Positions 1 to 10,658 are shown, numbered from the stretch's first letter. The stretch is DNA of 64,000 nucleotides from Candidatus Spongiisociaceae bacterium (GCA_965262915.1 OZ253564.1:2912001-2976000); one strand, 5' to 3'. The notes: generated by a model from the sequence alone, not told the origin. Program-made: numbers and translations.

Positions 1-275
1 ACCAACACCGCGTCGAGGTCCAGGCGGAGGCGTGGGAAGGCTTCGATCACCGAGACCTGCGTGACGGTGGCCAGATTGCGTCCCTGGTAGAGAACCAGGT
101 CCACGTGGGTCAGGGGCTCCAAGCGGCCGCCGAACCTGCTCTTGGTCCTTCTTATGCCCTTGGCCACCACCCGGACCTTGCCGTGATTGGGGCTGACGAG
201 CACCACGATGCGGTCGGCCTCCCCGAACGGATACCCACGGAGGACGATTCCCTGATCACGGCGGAGTGTCATCAT
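1..275 (-). CDS. recO: DNA repair protein RecO (5' part, runs off window)
   Basis: Manual translation from ATG at 275: MMTLRRDQGIVLRGYPFGEADRIVVLVSPNHGKVRVVAKGIRRTKSRFGGRLEP, the typical RecO N-terminal OB fold; lies downstream of era. Confidence 0.9.
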   Translation of the reverse strand, partial: MMTLRRDQGIVLRGYPFGEADRIVVLVSPNHGKVRVVAKGIRRTKSRFGGRLEPLTHVDLVLYQGRNLATVTQVSVIEAFPRLRLDLDAVL

Positions 276-353
276 CGCTCAAGGTCTAGGCCGGTACATG
301 TCTAGTTGGCAGGGTACCCCGTAGGGCCCGGATCGAGGGGTAGGCTGGAGGGG

Positions 354-641
354 ATGGTGCTACTCGATCAATCTGCCCGCCGGGAGTTCCTGGCTTCTCA
401 TCCCGGTTGGGACCTCTCAGCGGAAACGATCACCAGGACCTTCAGGTTCCGGGATTTCGCGGGCGCGATCGGTTTCGTGGCCTCGGTGGGCGTGCTGGCC
501 GAGAAAGCCTTCCACCATCCTGACATCGACATCCGCTACAGCCGGGTCAAGGTGTCTTTGACCACCCACGACCGGGGAGGCCTCACCCACAAGGACACGT
601 CCCTGGCAGCCCGTATCGACCGTCTGACAGCGGGTGCCTGA
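354..641 (+). CDS. 4a-hydroxytetrahydrobiopterin (pterin-4-alpha-carbinolamine) dehydratase
   Basis: AEKAFHHPDIDIRY...LTTHD..GLT..D signature; ATG at 354 after GGAGG. Confidence 0.9.
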   Translation: MVLLDQSARREFLASHPGWDLSAETITRTFRFRDFAGAIGFVASVGVLAEKAFHHPDIDIRYSRVKVSLTTHDRGGLTHKDTSLAARIDRLTAGA

Positions 642-915
642 GCGGCCCCGACGTAGAACCGTCAGCCTCATTGGGCGCTCCGTCGCCTAGCCTCCCCAAA
701 AGGGTCGCGAAGGTGAGGCGACGGACATGTACACGTCCGTCTGGGGTACGTGTGACGCCGTTGAGCGCCGCCCGGATACGACTCAGCGTGGACCGTGTAG
801 GCGGACACGGATATGGACCAATGACCCCTCAGCAGGGCTCGACAGCCTTTGTGCACAGTCCCCGGTCGCCACTGACAACTGACCACTGGAAACGCCACTG
901 ACTACTGGCCCGGGA

Positions 916-1320
916 TCAGGGTCCTAGCAGTCCTGCCGGGACGACGGCGATCCCCAGGGATCGCGGCAGGCCTCTGTACCGGTGGTGACCACCACCGCGT
1001 CGATCAGGGCTTGGACAAGCCGGTGAGGATGAATCGGCCGGGGCTGAAGTCCTCGTCGACGGCCCGACGTACGATGTCCCATGACGCCGGGTACCGCTGC
1101 CACTCATCGATGAGTATGGTCGCCTTGCCCCGGATCAGCAGGTGCGGGTTGGCTCGTACCTCGTCGAGGGTCTCAGGGTCATCCAACGCAAACACCGTGT
1201 TGGCGAGCCGATGGGCTGTCCGCGTCTTGCCGACAGCTCGAGGCCCCTCGATGCTTACCGCGGGAAGCGCGTCCAACAGATCGCTCAGTTCTGTGTCCAC
1301 TACCCGAGGCCGGTACTCAA
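916..1320 (-). pseudogene. Internally deleted AAA ATPase (AAA_14/DUF4143-type) remnant
   Basis: N-terminal EGPRAVGKT (Walker A), ILIDEWQ (Walker B) and RFILTG, then an abrupt stop; a family-like C-terminus (GIAVVPAGLLGP*) follows in another frame. Confidence 0.7.
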
Positions 1321-1379
1321 AGACCTGGCTTAGTCCGTAAAGGCCTGGTTCAGTCCGTAAAGGCCTGGTTTGGTCTGTA
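1319..1379 (+). repeat. 20-bp-period tandem repeat
   Basis: AGTCCGTAAAGGCCTGGTT at 1332-1350 and 1352-1370, with degenerate partial units on both sides. Confidence 0.8.
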
Positions 1380-1493
1380 CATATTCGTCTACCTCGTATA
1401 TAAACTACTGTTGCTCATACAAGCTACTTTTCCACGAGTATTAGAAGTGCCGGGGACAGTTTTGGACCGCCGGCGACCAGCGACCAGCCGCCG

Positions 1494-2384
1494 CTACAGT
1501 CCGAGTCGTCGGATCCGATCGGGGTATCGCTGCCAGTCTTTCTCGACCTTCACCCTCAGGTGGAGAAACACCCGACGGGAGAAGGTTTCCTCCAGTTCCC
1601 GCCGGGCCTCGGTTCCGGCCTGGCGGAGCAGCGATCCGCCCGCACCTATGACGATTCCCTTCTGGGATTCACGCTCCACGTATACGGTTGCTTCGATCCA
1701 CATGAGGCCGTCCCGCCGGATTTCGATGTCGTCGGTCTTGACGGCCACCGAGTGGGGAAGCTCCTCGCGCAGCAGGTCCAGCAACTTCTCCCGCACCGTC
1801 TCGGCTACCAGTACCTCGTCCGGCTGATCGGTGGTCGTACCCGGCGGGTAGTGGGCCGGCCCTTCGGGCAGCCGGGGGACCAGTTCCCCGATGACTCGAT
1901 CCAGGCCGTCACCTGTCAGCGCCGAGACGGGTACGTAGGCGCCGAAATCCCAGTGCGCCGCCTCGCCGAGACGCTCCGCCACCCGCCCCTTGCGGACCAG
2001 ATCGACCTTGTTGACGATCGCGATCACCATCTCCGGTGTGCCGGCACGAAGGAGACGTTCGGCGATCCGGCGGTCGCCGGGGCCCACCCTGCCCGTAGCG
2101 TCGAGCACGAACAGGATGCAATCCGCCTCGGCCAGGGTCCGGTAGACGACCGAGTTGAGCCGCTTCCCCAGCTCAGTGCGGGGGCGGTGGAGCCCGGGGG
2201 TGTCGAGCAGCACGATCTGGGCGCCGGAGTGGGGGTCTCCGACGGTGAGGACACCTCTGGTGGGCATCCGGGTGGTCTGGGGCCGCCGGGAGGTGATCGA
2301 GACCTTGCGGCCTACCAGCCCGTTGATGAGGGTCGACTTGCCGACATTGGGACGCCCGACGACGGCCACGAACCCCACCCTCAT
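1494..2384 (-). CDS. era: GTPase Era
   Basis: GRPNVGKST, PQTTR, DTPG, NKVD; KH domain VERESQKGIVIG. Confidence 0.97.
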   Translation of the reverse strand: MRVGFVAVVGRPNVGKSTLINGLVGRKVSITSRRPQTTRMPTRGVLTVGDPHSGAQIVLLDTPGLHRPRTELGKRLNSVVYRTLAEADCILFVLDATGRVGPGDRRIAERLLRAGTPEMVIAIVNKVDLVRKGRVAERLGEAAHWDFGAYVPVSALTGDGLDRVIGELVPRLPEGPAHYPPGTTTDQPDEVLVAETVREKLLDLLREELPHSVAVKTDDIEIRRDGLMWIEATVYVERESQKGIVIGAGGSLLRQAGTEARRELEETFSRRVFLHLRVKVEKDWQRYPDRIRRLGL

Positions 2385-2394
2385 CGGTGGAGTC

Positions 2395-3591
2395 TCATCG
2401 ATGGGACATCTCCGGCCGGTTCACCCGGACCCGCTCGACCCGGCGCCCCTGGACCCGTTCGGGGACGAGCACCGCTCCATCGAACTCGAACCGCTCCCCC
2501 ACCAGCGGGACCCGTCCCGCCAACCCGAGCACCAGACCCCCGACCGTGTCCCATTCGGCGTCCGGGAAGCGGATGTCGAGCAGGCTGTTGAGATCGTCGA
2601 CCGGAAGGCGGGCGTCCACCAGGAAGCCGCCGTCTTCGAGGGGCTGCACCATCCGGGGCTCGGTGTCGTACTCGTCCACGATCTCTCCCACCAATTCCTC
2701 GAGTAGGTCCTCGATGGTGACCAGCCCGGCGGTTCCGCCGAACTCGTCGATGGCGATGGCCATGTGCACCTGGAAGGATTGCATCTCCCTGAGGAGGTCC
2801 TTCACCCGTTTGGTCTCGGGGACGAAGTAGGGCGGGCGGCTGATCTCGGTGACCGGTGTGGCCGCAGGGGGAACCCCCAGGAGGCGCAGTAGATCCTTGG
2901 CGTACACGAGGCCCACGATGTCGTCCGCTCCCTGCCCGGTCACCGGTACCCGCGAGAACCCGTGTTCCAGTATCAGTTCCAGGGCTTCGTTGGTCGTGAG
3001 GTGGGCACTGAGGGCCACCATGTCGGTGCGCGGGACCATCACCTCCCGCACGATGGCGTCGGAGAACTCCAGGACGGAGGAGATCATCCTGATCTCCTCC
3101 CGGTCGGACGGGTCGTGGTCGCCGTCGGCCTCGCTGCCGGCGTCGTCCTCGTCCTCCTCGTCGTTGATCACGTCTACCGCCCGATCTCCGACCGAGATCG
3201 CTACCCGCAGGAGGTGGGCGAAGCGGTAGGCCATGCGGCGAGGCCGCCCGCGGCCCACAGAACGGGGAAACAGCTCCCCGACCAGCACCAGGACCACCCC
3301 GGTGAGGACCAGGGCTCCGGCCAACCACCAACCCCTGACGACGGTGCCCATCACCCAGGCCGTGGGGAGGGCGGCAGCCACCAGCAATGCCGAGTGCACC
3401 AGCGATATGGAAGGCTGGATACGCGAGCGGTCTTCGAGCAGCCCGGCCACGACCACTGCCCCGGGCATACCGTCCGCCGCGTCGTGGATGGCGTCGGCTC
3501 TGGGAGTCCGGACCAGGGAAGCCCCGGCGGCCCGCAGGGCGGCTGCCAGGATCAGTACAGCCGCGGAGATTCCCCATGCGAAGCCGCTCAC
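2395..3591 (-). CDS. Hemolysin/CNNM-CBS-CorC family membrane protein
   Basis: N-terminal TM helices, GELFPRS, VREVMVPRTD, FSRVPV, DEFGGTAGLVTIEDLLEELVGEIVDEYD. Confidence 0.92.
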   Translation of the reverse strand: MSGFAWGISAAVLILAAALRAAGASLVRTPRADAIHDAADGMPGAVVVAGLLEDRSRIQPSISLVHSALLVAAALPTAWVMGTVVRGWWLAGALVLTGVVLVLVGELFPRSVGRGRPRRMAYRFAHLLRVAISVGDRAVDVINDEEDEDDAGSEADGDHDPSDREEIRMISSVLEFSDAIVREVMVPRTDMVALSAHLTTNEALELILEHGFSRVPVTGQGADDIVGLVYAKDLLRLLGVPPAATPVTEISRPPYFVPETKRVKDLLREMQSFQVHMAIAIDEFGGTAGLVTIEDLLEELVGEIVDEYDTEPRMVQPLEDGGFLVDARLPVDDLNSLLDIRFPDAEWDTVGGLVLGLAGRVPLVGERFEFDGAVLVPERVQGRRVERVRVNRPEMSHR

Positions 3592-4058
3592 CGGCGTTTC
3601 ACCCCCACGCTAGCCAGCAGGGCGCGCTCGCGGTCCTCCATCAGAGCCGCCTCGGCGTCCGTCTCGTGGTCGTACCCGATAAGATGCAGCAGGCCGTGGG
3701 CCACGATCAGGGACATCTCTTCGGTGGGATCGGCGCCGTGCTCCGCGGCCTGGCGGTGGACGACCGCGGGCGCGACGATCACGTCACCGAGACCGTAGGG
3801 AACGCCGTCGGCGGCCTCCCCCACCGCGGCCCGGCGATGATCACCCGGCGGGACCAGCGGCAGGGCCAGGACGTCGGTGGGTCCTTCCCGGTCGAGGAAC
3901 CGCTGGTTGTGCACGGCCATCGCCTCGTCGGTCACGAACATGATGCCGACTTCGGTCTCCGGTGGGAGTTGCTCCTCTTCCAGCACGACGCGGGCCAGCC
4001 GCCGGAGCGGCTGCAACGGTAAGGGAACGTCTTGGTCGTCTGTGACGTAGATGTCCAC
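3588..4058 (-). CDS. ybeY: rRNA maturation endoribonuclease YbeY
   Basis: PTDVLA, LGDVI, HGLLHLIGYDH; start placed at GTG 4058 (TTG 4070 is an alternative) because the longer ORF reads through a repeat element. Confidence 0.93.
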   Translation of the reverse strand: MDIYVTDDQDVPLPLQPLRRLARVVLEEEQLPPETEVGIMFVTDEAMAVHNQRFLDREGPTDVLALPLVPPGDHRRAAVGEAADGVPYGLGDVIVAPAVVHRQAAEHGADPTEEMSLIVAHGLLHLIGYDHETDAEAALMEDRERALLASVGVKRR

Positions 4059-4081
4059 GGCCTTGTCCAACCCTACTCTAT

Positions 4082-4244
4082 GTGGTCTGTCTGTAAAATG
4101 ATTCGGCGTGCCTTGGCAGCCATCGACGCTCCTCGCTGCGTTCCGCCTCCTCGATGTACCGCTGCGGGTACGCCTTCGTCGGCGGGCCTTGCGAGCAACG
4201 CCGCTGCCGGCGCATACCACACCACCATCTCACAGACAGACCAC
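4082..4244 (+). repeat. Family A palindromic MITE-like repeat, copy 1 (163 bp)
   Basis: Terminal inverted repeats GTGGTCTGTCTG...CAGACAGACCAC; near-identical copies at 10498, 26739, 35886 and 36051. Confidence 0.9.
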
Positions 4245-4270
4245 TGGATCCCGGTCGCGGTCGGCGGGGA

Positions 4271-6925
4271 TCATTCGGCGTCGGGGAAGTTCGGGTACGG
4301 GATACGCTGGTGGTAGTGGCCTTTCAACGCATCGACCATGGCGGCTTTGGCGTTGGTGAGGTCCCCGAGGGTGAGCTCGGAGTTCGAGAGCTGTCCGTCG
4401 GCCAACTTCTCCGCCACCACCCTTCGCACCAACTGCTCGATCCGCTCCGGCGACGGCTCCTGCGTCTGGAAAACCGCCCGGCAGGCGCCCTCCACGGAGT
4501 CGGCCATCATCACGATCGCCATCTCCTTTTTGACCGGCTTGCGACCGGCATGCCGGTAGTCCTCGATGTCCACCGTGTCGGGTCCGTAGAGCTCCTGCGC
4601 CTTGTTGTAGAAGAAGTGCATCACGCCGTCCCCGTGATGGGTGACCACGGACTCGGCCACTTCACCCGGAATGCGGAACCTGCGCGCCAGGCTGATGCCG
4701 CCCGTCACGTGGCGGCGGATCACCTCGGCCGAGCGGGCGGGCGCCATCCGGTCGTGGGGGTTCTGGATGCCGAACTGGTTCTCGATGAAGAACTGCGGGT
4801 TCTCGGTCTTGCCGAGGTCGTGGTAGTAGGCAGCGGCCCTGGCCAGCAACGGATTGGCGCCCACCGCCCTGGCAGCCCGGTCGGCGAGGGTTCCCACCAT
4901 GAGCGAGTGGTTGAACGAGCCGAGCGCCTTCTCCTCCAGGAGGCGGAGGGCCGGATGGTTGCGGTCGGTGAGGTCAAGGAGGCGCAGGGAGGTCGTGATG
5001 TCGAACGTGATCTCGAGCACGGAGAGCAGGGAACTGCCTATCAGCCAGGAGATGGCGCCGTTGGCCAGAGCGAAGGCCGCCGCTTCGTACACCCTCATGT
5101 CCTCGTGGAAGAACCATGCGATCACCGCCGCGAAAGCGGCCGAGAGGGCCACGATGTAGATCGCCGCCCGGCGCAGTTCCCGGCGTGCCGAGATGGATGA
5201 CACGAACGGAACCGGCGCCAGAGTGGACAGCGCCGCGAACACAGTGTAACCGGGATCGGTGGTTGCAATGGCCGTCATCGAACCGACCGCCACCGCCATC
5301 AACACGGCTACCCGGGCGTCGAAGAGGATCGCGGTCATGAGACCGAATGCCGCGGCCGGAACCAGGTACCCGATAGCCGCGTTGTCGTCGACGAACACCG
5401 CCACTCCCCGGGCCGCCAGAGCCGAGAGGGCCACGAGCAATCCGAACAGGGCAAGGCGCCGCATCGAGTTCCAGACACGGGGCTCGAACCGGAACATGTA
5501 GAGCGCCAGCAGTCCCACCACGAACACCACGGCTGTGGCCAGGGCCAGGTAGCGGGGCGTAGCGTGCCTCAGTAGGCGTCCCTCCACCAAGGCCGCCTCG
5601 ATCTCGGCGGTCACCTCCTCGTCTGCCTCGACGATGATGACCCCGGCCGGGTACTGGATGGTCAGCTGTTCCACGGCCGCGGCAACGTTGTCCTTGAGTT
5701 GCTGGGTGGCCACCACGTCCACCGATTTGTTGGCCAGCAGGAACTCGGTGGCGACCTCGGTCACCACCGTGGAAACCTGCTGCATCACTACCGGCTCTGC
5801 ATGGGGAAGCGGTACGAATACGGTGCGCTGCCGGTAGGCGAGCTTGACATCGAGCACATCCTCGCTGAGGATCCCTCCGTTCTCGTTCTGGGCCTCGTTG
5901 GCGAGACGGATCACTTCCTGTTCGATCGACGTCAGCCAGGGATCCTCCCCCGTGATCTCCCGCAAGATATCCCCCGTAGCGATGTCGACCAGCTGGGACA
6001 CCGTGTCGATGGAGAGCAGATACCCGGCCGCCCGCAGGTTGGCGGCCTGGATCTCCCGCGGGACGACCACCATCGTCATGGGAAGCGGCCGCAGCTGCGC
6101 TTCCTGGTCGTCGAGCAACTCGACCCGCTGCGACAGGAGCGGGACCGGTGCGGTGAGCCGTTCCGGCACTGTACCGGTGTCGACCAGGACCGTGGCGGGC
6201 CCCGTCGCCAGGCCCGTGAACGCGTACCGGCCGTCTGCGAACGTGCGGGCCACGAACTGGGTTCGGGTCGAGTCGTAGGCCACGAGACGGATATCGCCAA
6301 GCCCGTGGTCGTCCCGAGAGAAGAGACCGTCTCCGTCGATGTCGACGAACACCTGACCGGTGACCCCGGCGGTGCGGAGCACCGCGGGAACGGTGGTCGG
6401 CGGTACGGTCGTGGAAGGGGCAACCGTGGTGGTCGGTTCGGTCGGCTCGGGCGCCTCCACGAACTCGGGTACGGATGTGGTGCCGTCGGTTTCCGCGGAG
6501 GAGGTCGTGGTGGTTTCCAGAGTGGTCGTGGTGACCTCCGTACTGGTGGTGCTGGGCGGGATCGTGGAGGGCGGGATGGTGGTGCTGGTGGTGACCACGG
6601 GCAGCGGTCGGGCGCTCTGATCGACGGTTGCGGCTCTCACCGAGGCGAAGAAGGTCTGGATGTTCTCGATCACGAGGGTGTCGATGGCCTCGTCCCGTCC
6701 GAACACGGGCAGGACCGCGTTGGCCGCCTCCATCCGGGCCGCCTCGGTGCCGGATACGTCATCGATGGTTATCGGAGCCTCCGCCGTGAAGGTCTCGGGG
6801 GATGGTTCCCCGACATTTACGACGGTCGACCTGAAGTCCTGGCCGATCAGCAGGCCCGCCCAGCAGAGAGTCGCGGTCAGTACCAGGATCACCACCCTGC
6901 TCACGATCCTGACGCGACGGCTCAT
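4271..6925 (-). CDS. 7TM-HD (HDIG) phosphohydrolase, PgpH-like cyclic-dinucleotide phosphodiesterase family
   Basis: One N-terminal TM, large extracellular part, 7-TM block, then NHSLMVG...AYYHDLGK...FFIENQ...HHG...MMADSVE...YHQRIPYP; usual phoH-HD-ybeY context. Confidence 0.9.
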   Translation of the reverse strand: MSRRVRIVSRVVILVLTATLCWAGLLIGQDFRSTVVNVGEPSPETFTAEAPITIDDVSGTEAARMEAANAVLPVFGRDEAIDTLVIENIQTFFASVRAATVDQSARPLPVVTTSTTIPPSTIPPSTTSTEVTTTTLETTTTSSAETDGTTSVPEFVEAPEPTEPTTTVAPSTTVPPTTVPAVLRTAGVTGQVFVDIDGDGLFSRDDHGLGDIRLVAYDSTRTQFVARTFADGRYAFTGLATGPATVLVDTGTVPERLTAPVPLLSQRVELLDDQEAQLRPLPMTMVVVPREIQAANLRAAGYLLSIDTVSQLVDIATGDILREITGEDPWLTSIEQEVIRLANEAQNENGGILSEDVLDVKLAYRQRTVFVPLPHAEPVVMQQVSTVVTEVATEFLLANKSVDVVATQQLKDNVAAAVEQLTIQYPAGVIIVEADEEVTAEIEAALVEGRLLRHATPRYLALATAVVFVVGLLALYMFRFEPRVWNSMRRLALFGLLVALSALAARGVAVFVDDNAAIGYLVPAAAFGLMTAILFDARVAVLMAVAVGSMTAIATTDPGYTVFAALSTLAPVPFVSSISARRELRRAAIYIVALSAAFAAVIAWFFHEDMRVYEAAAFALANGAISWLIGSSLLSVLEITFDITTSLRLLDLTDRNHPALRLLEEKALGSFNHSLMVGTLADRAARAVGANPLLARAAAYYHDLGKTENPQFFIENQFGIQNPHDRMAPARSAEVIRRHVTGGISLARRFRIPGEVAESVVTHHGDGVMHFFYNKAQELYGPDTVDIEDYRHAGRKPVKKEMAIVMMADSVEGACRAVFQTQEPSPERIEQLVRRVVAEKLADGQLSNSELTLGDLTNAKAAMVDALKGHYHQRIPYPNFPDAE

Positions 6926-7896
6926 CGCTTGTGCCTCTTGGTCGCGGCCGCCTCGTAGGCCTCGACTATGGCGGCCACGATGCGATGCCGGACCACATCG
7001 GCGGACGTGAGGTGTACGATCGCCACATCACGGATCCCCCGCAGGATGGCCTCGGCGTGTGCCAGACCCGACGGGCGCTCGCTCGGTAGATCGACCTGGG
7101 TTGCATCGCCGGTGATGACCATCTTGGAGTTGAATCCCAGCCGGGTGAGGAACATCTTCATCTGGGCCCGCGAAGTGTTCTGCGCCTCGTCGAGCACCAC
7201 GATCGCGTCGTTGAGGGTGCGGCCCCGCATGTAGGCGAGCGGTGCGATCTCGATGGCCCCCTTCTCGGTGTAGGCTGCTACGTCCTCGGGGCCCAGCATC
7301 TCGTAGAGGGCGTCGTAGAGCGGGCGCAGGTAGGGGTTGAACTTCGCCTCGAGGTCGCCCGGCAGGAAGCCGAGACGCTCGCCGGCTTCCACGGCCGGCC
7401 TGGTCAGAACGATGCGCCGCACCGTACCGGTGGTGAGAGCCTCCACCGCCGCCGCCATCGCCAGGTATGTCTTACCGGTGCCTGCCGGGCCGATCCCGAT
7501 TACCAGGGTGTGGTGGCGGATCGCCTGGATGTAGTGAAGCTGGCCCACGGTCTTGGGCCGGATGACCTTGCCTCTTCCCACCTGGATCGCCTCTCCCAGC
7601 ACTCCGCTCGGGGAGGGGACCGCATCGTTCACCATGTTGATCACTCGCCGCACGCCTTCCGGTTCGAGACTGAGACCCTGTTGTATCAGCATCAACAACT
7701 CCTCGACCACCTTGAAGGCGTTGCGGGCCGCCGGCTCCTCACCGCTGAACACTATCTCGTTGCCGCGGGCCACGATCACCACATCGGGAAACGCCTCCTC
7801 CACCGCTCGTAGATGGCAGTCGCGCTCGCCCAGCAGGTCGAGCATCAGACCGACAGCGGGAACGTGCAAGAGGAAACGGGACGCAGCGGGGCGCAT
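6922..7896 (-). CDS. phoH: PhoH-family ATPase
   Basis: GPAGTGKTYLA, LTRPAVEAGERLGFLPGD, AYMRGRTL, LDEAQN. Confidence 0.95.
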   Translation of the reverse strand: MRPAASRFLLHVPAVGLMLDLLGERDCHLRAVEEAFPDVVIVARGNEIVFSGEEPAARNAFKVVEELLMLIQQGLSLEPEGVRRVINMVNDAVPSPSGVLGEAIQVGRGKVIRPKTVGQLHYIQAIRHHTLVIGIGPAGTGKTYLAMAAAVEALTTGTVRRIVLTRPAVEAGERLGFLPGDLEAKFNPYLRPLYDALYEMLGPEDVAAYTEKGAIEIAPLAYMRGRTLNDAIVVLDEAQNTSRAQMKMFLTRLGFNSKMVITGDATQVDLPSERPSGLAHAEAILRGIRDVAIVHLTSADVVRHRIVAAIVEAYEAAATKRHKR

Positions 7897-7959
7897 CAGC
7901 GAACCAGACCCGTGATGTAGGACAACAAGGAGATCGTAAAGAGTACCATGCGAATGGTT

Positions 7960-8065
7960 CTAGGAGGGTGGTGTGACACCCCCCGTTGGCCCGACAGCGG
8001 AGGACAGACTGCCACGTCAGCAATGACGGGCCCACCGTTCAACCCGTTTCTCACCACCCTCCTAC
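7960..8065. repeat. Family B MITE-like repeat (diverged copy)
   Basis: Ends CTAGGAGGGTGGTG...CACCACCCTCCTAC match those of the copies at 11015, 45813 and 62506. Confidence 0.75.
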
Positions 8066-8226
8066 ACTCCTATCCCGACTGGTGGTAGGCGTCAATACCC
8101 CGGGAGCAGGAGCCGGAGGGCCGCGGTCCGGCAAGCATGCCCGAGCGTGGGCGCTACCCCCTTGCGGCGGTGGTTGCCGCCGGCGACGCTGAACTCTTCG
8201 GAGGTCCTCACCGGTCGTGCCAGGTG

Positions 8227-9285
8227 TCAGAGGACATCCTCACCCCTGGCTTGGGCGTAGCGGCGCAGCAGTTGCCGCTCGGACCGGCTGAGGCGCTTGG
8301 GCACTTCGATCCCCACCATCACGAACAAGTCGCCGCGTCCCCGGCGCCCGAGGCGACCCGTTCCCTTGCCCTTGAGCCGCATCACCTCTCCGTGCTGGGT
8401 TCCGGTAGGAACCTTGACGCGCTCGGTCCCGCCTTCGAGGAGCGGGACGTCGGCTTCGGTCCCCAATGCGGCCGAAGCTATTCCGACGGACAGTTGGTAC
8501 ACCAGGTCGTTTCCCTGGCGCGTGAATCGATCGTCGGGTCGTATGCCCAGATCCACGTACAGATCCCCCGGTGGCGTCCCGCGCCTGCCTGCTTCGCCCT
8601 CGCCGATAAGCCGCAGACGGCTCCCATCCATGACCCCCGTGGGAACGTCCACGGAGATCTCCTTCTCGCCCTCGGTGATCCCTTCGCCTCCGCATCCTGC
8701 GCACGGGTCGGCGATCACGGAGCCGGCGCCCTGGCAGGCCCGGCAGGTCGTGACGGTCATCAGAGAGCCGAAAACGCTCCTCCTCGCCATCCGGACCTGG
8801 CCGGTTCCGGCGCATATATTGCATGCACGGGTACCCGATCCGGGCCGGGCGCCGGAGCCCGAACAGCTTCCGCAGGTGACCGCCGCCCTGAACCGGACGC
8901 TTCTGGTGGCGCCGAAGGCGGCTTCCTCCAGATCCACCCCGAGCCGAACGCGAATGTCCCTTCCCCTGGAGTCCCGGACCCCGGTGACCCCTCCGCCGAA
9001 TATCCCTCCCTGGCCGAACACCGAACCGAGCAGGTCTTCGAAGGATCCGGCTCCCTGGAACAACCCGGCCAGGTCGAGAGTCTCGCCGCGGTCGTAGCGA
9101 GCCCTCTTCTCCGGATCGGAGAGCACCTCGTACGCCTCTGCGACCTCGCGGAACCGCGCCTCGGCGGCGGGGTCGTCCGGATTGGCGTCCGGATGCGTGG
9201 CGCGGGCCAGGCGGCGGAAGGCCTTCTTTATCTCGTCGGGCGAGGCGTCGCGCTCCACGCCCAGGGTCGCGTAGTAGTCGGCCAT
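8227..9285 (-). CDS. dnaJ: Chaperone DnaJ
   Basis: [13 protein letters not shown] motif, four CxxCxGxG repeats. Confidence 0.96.
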   Translation of the reverse strand: MADYYATLGVERDASPDEIKKAFRRLARATHPDANPDDPAAEARFREVAEAYEVLSDPEKRARYDRGETLDLAGLFQGAGSFEDLLGSVFGQGGIFGGGVTGVRDSRGRDIRVRLGVDLEEAAFGATRSVRFRAAVTCGSCSGSGARPGSGTRACNICAGTGQVRMARRSVFGSLMTVTTCRACQGAGSVIADPCAGCGGEGITEGEKEISVDVPTGVMDGSRLRLIGEGEAGRRGTPPGDLYVDLGIRPDDRFTRQGNDLVYQLSVGIASAALGTEADVPLLEGGTERVKVPTGTQHGEVMRLKGKGTGRLGRRGRGDLFVMVGIEVPKRLSRSERQLLRRYAQARGEDVL

Positions 9286-9398
9286 ACCGTCGGTCAGGCG
9301 GCCGATCCAACGGCGCCGCGGCCCGGTGGTCCGCAATCGGTCCTGGTGCGGCGCCGCAGTCCCGGGCGGGATCGAGGAGTCAGGATCGTAGCCACGGT

Positions 9399-10406
9399 TC
9401 AGCGATCTCCGAGACTCTCGTCGAGGCCACCCTTGATTTCCTCCACCACGGAGATCGTCCGGCCGTAGTCCATTCTCATCGGGCCGAGGACGCCGATCCG
9501 CCCGGAAGGCTCACCCTGTTCGCCTCCGTAGCTGGTCGAGACCAGCGAGATGTCGGTCGGCGAGTCGATGCCCAGTTCCCGGCCGATACGTACCTCGGTA
9601 CCGTCGGGCAGGTGGGCCAGCACCTCCAGGAGAGCGGCCTCGCGTTCGAGGATCTCGAGTACCCCGCGCACTTTGGAGATCTCCCCCCACGCGTCAGTCA
9701 GGTAGCTGGCCGGCCCCAGATAGAGTTCCTGGTCAGTGGCGCCCGCTCTTGCCAGGGCCTGGGCGGCTTTCCAGAGGATGCGACCCACTCCGCCCGTCAT
9801 CTCCCCCGGGGGTAGCAGATCGAGATCGAATACCTGCGACATCGGCAACCCGATCTGGTACCTGCGCAGCAGCAGCTGGGCGTCATCGACTTCGATCGGG
9901 TCCACGGGCGCCGGCAGCATCAAGAGGGACTGGGATACCCGCCCGGCCTGGGTTACCACCACCATCAGGATCGCATCGGCCCTGGTCTGCACCATATGGA
10001 TGGCCCGGATGACCTCGCTTGCCATTCCGGGACCGGTCACGACGGACGGGTAGTGGGTGATCTCGCTCAGGAGCGTCGAGGTGGCCTTGAGGAGCCGCCC
10101 CAACTCGGCATGGACCGAGGCGAAGAACTCGGAGACACGAGCGGAAGCAGCGGGCGACTGGATGGGTTTTATCAGCTGATCGACGTAGTAGCGGTAGGCG
10201 CGGGCGGTCGGGATCCGTCCGGCGGACGTGTGCGGCTGCACGGCGTATCCCTCGGATTCGAGCGCCGCTAGTTCGGTTCGCACCGTGGCGGCCGACACCA
10301 TGAGATGGCCAGACTGCAGGATCGCCCGCGAGCTCACCGGTCCCCCCGTTCGGATGTGCTCCTCGACCAGGATCCTGAGGACCTTCGCCTTCCGGTCGTG
10401 CAACAT
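9399..10406 (-). CDS. hrcA: Heat-inducible transcription repressor HrcA
   Basis: [34 protein letters not shown]; directly upstream of dnaJ (start could be 10415). Confidence 0.95.
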   Translation of the reverse strand: MLHDRKAKVLRILVEEHIRTGGPVSSRAILQSGHLMVSAATVRTELAALESEGYAVQPHTSAGRIPTARAYRYYVDQLIKPIQSPAASARVSEFFASVHAELGRLLKATSTLLSEITHYPSVVTGPGMASEVIRAIHMVQTRADAILMVVVTQAGRVSQSLLMLPAPVDPIEVDDAQLLLRRYQIGLPMSQVFDLDLLPPGEMTGGVGRILWKAAQALARAGATDQELYLGPASYLTDAWGEISKVRGVLEILEREAALLEVLAHLPDGTEVRIGRELGIDSPTDISLVSTSYGGEQGEPSGRIGVLGPMRMDYGRTISVVEEIKGGLDESLGDR

Positions 10407-10497
10407 GGGGGACATGATATATGCACGGCATACGAGAGGCGCAGGTGAGTGCCCTCCGAGTCCGACCGCGGCTCGGCGGCGTTGGAGTGGAGTGTTA

Positions 10498-10658
10498 GTG
10501 GTCTGCCAGCAAGATGATTCGGTGTGCGCTACTTGCCATCGGCGTCCCTCGCTGCGTTCCGCCTCCTCGATATCGCTGCGGGTACGCCTTCGTCGGTGGG
10601 CCTTGCGAGCAACGCCGCTGCCGGCGCACGCCACACCACCATCTCACAGACAGACCAC
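10498..10658 (+). repeat. Family A repeat, copy 2 (161 bp)
   Basis: GTGGTCTG...CAGACAGACCAC with the same internal sequence as copy 1. Confidence 0.9.

Noticed and set aside
4059-4220. N-terminal extensions of YbeY, and likewise HrcA (to 10634), RodA (to 45844) and Tig (to 59432)
   Set aside because: They come from open frames through upstream repeats or tRNA-His; family similarity starts downstream.
10420-10500. CIRCE operator upstream of hrcA
   Set aside because: Only degenerate half-sites (GAGTGTTAG, GAGTGCC); no TTAGCACTC-N9-GAGTGCTAA pair.
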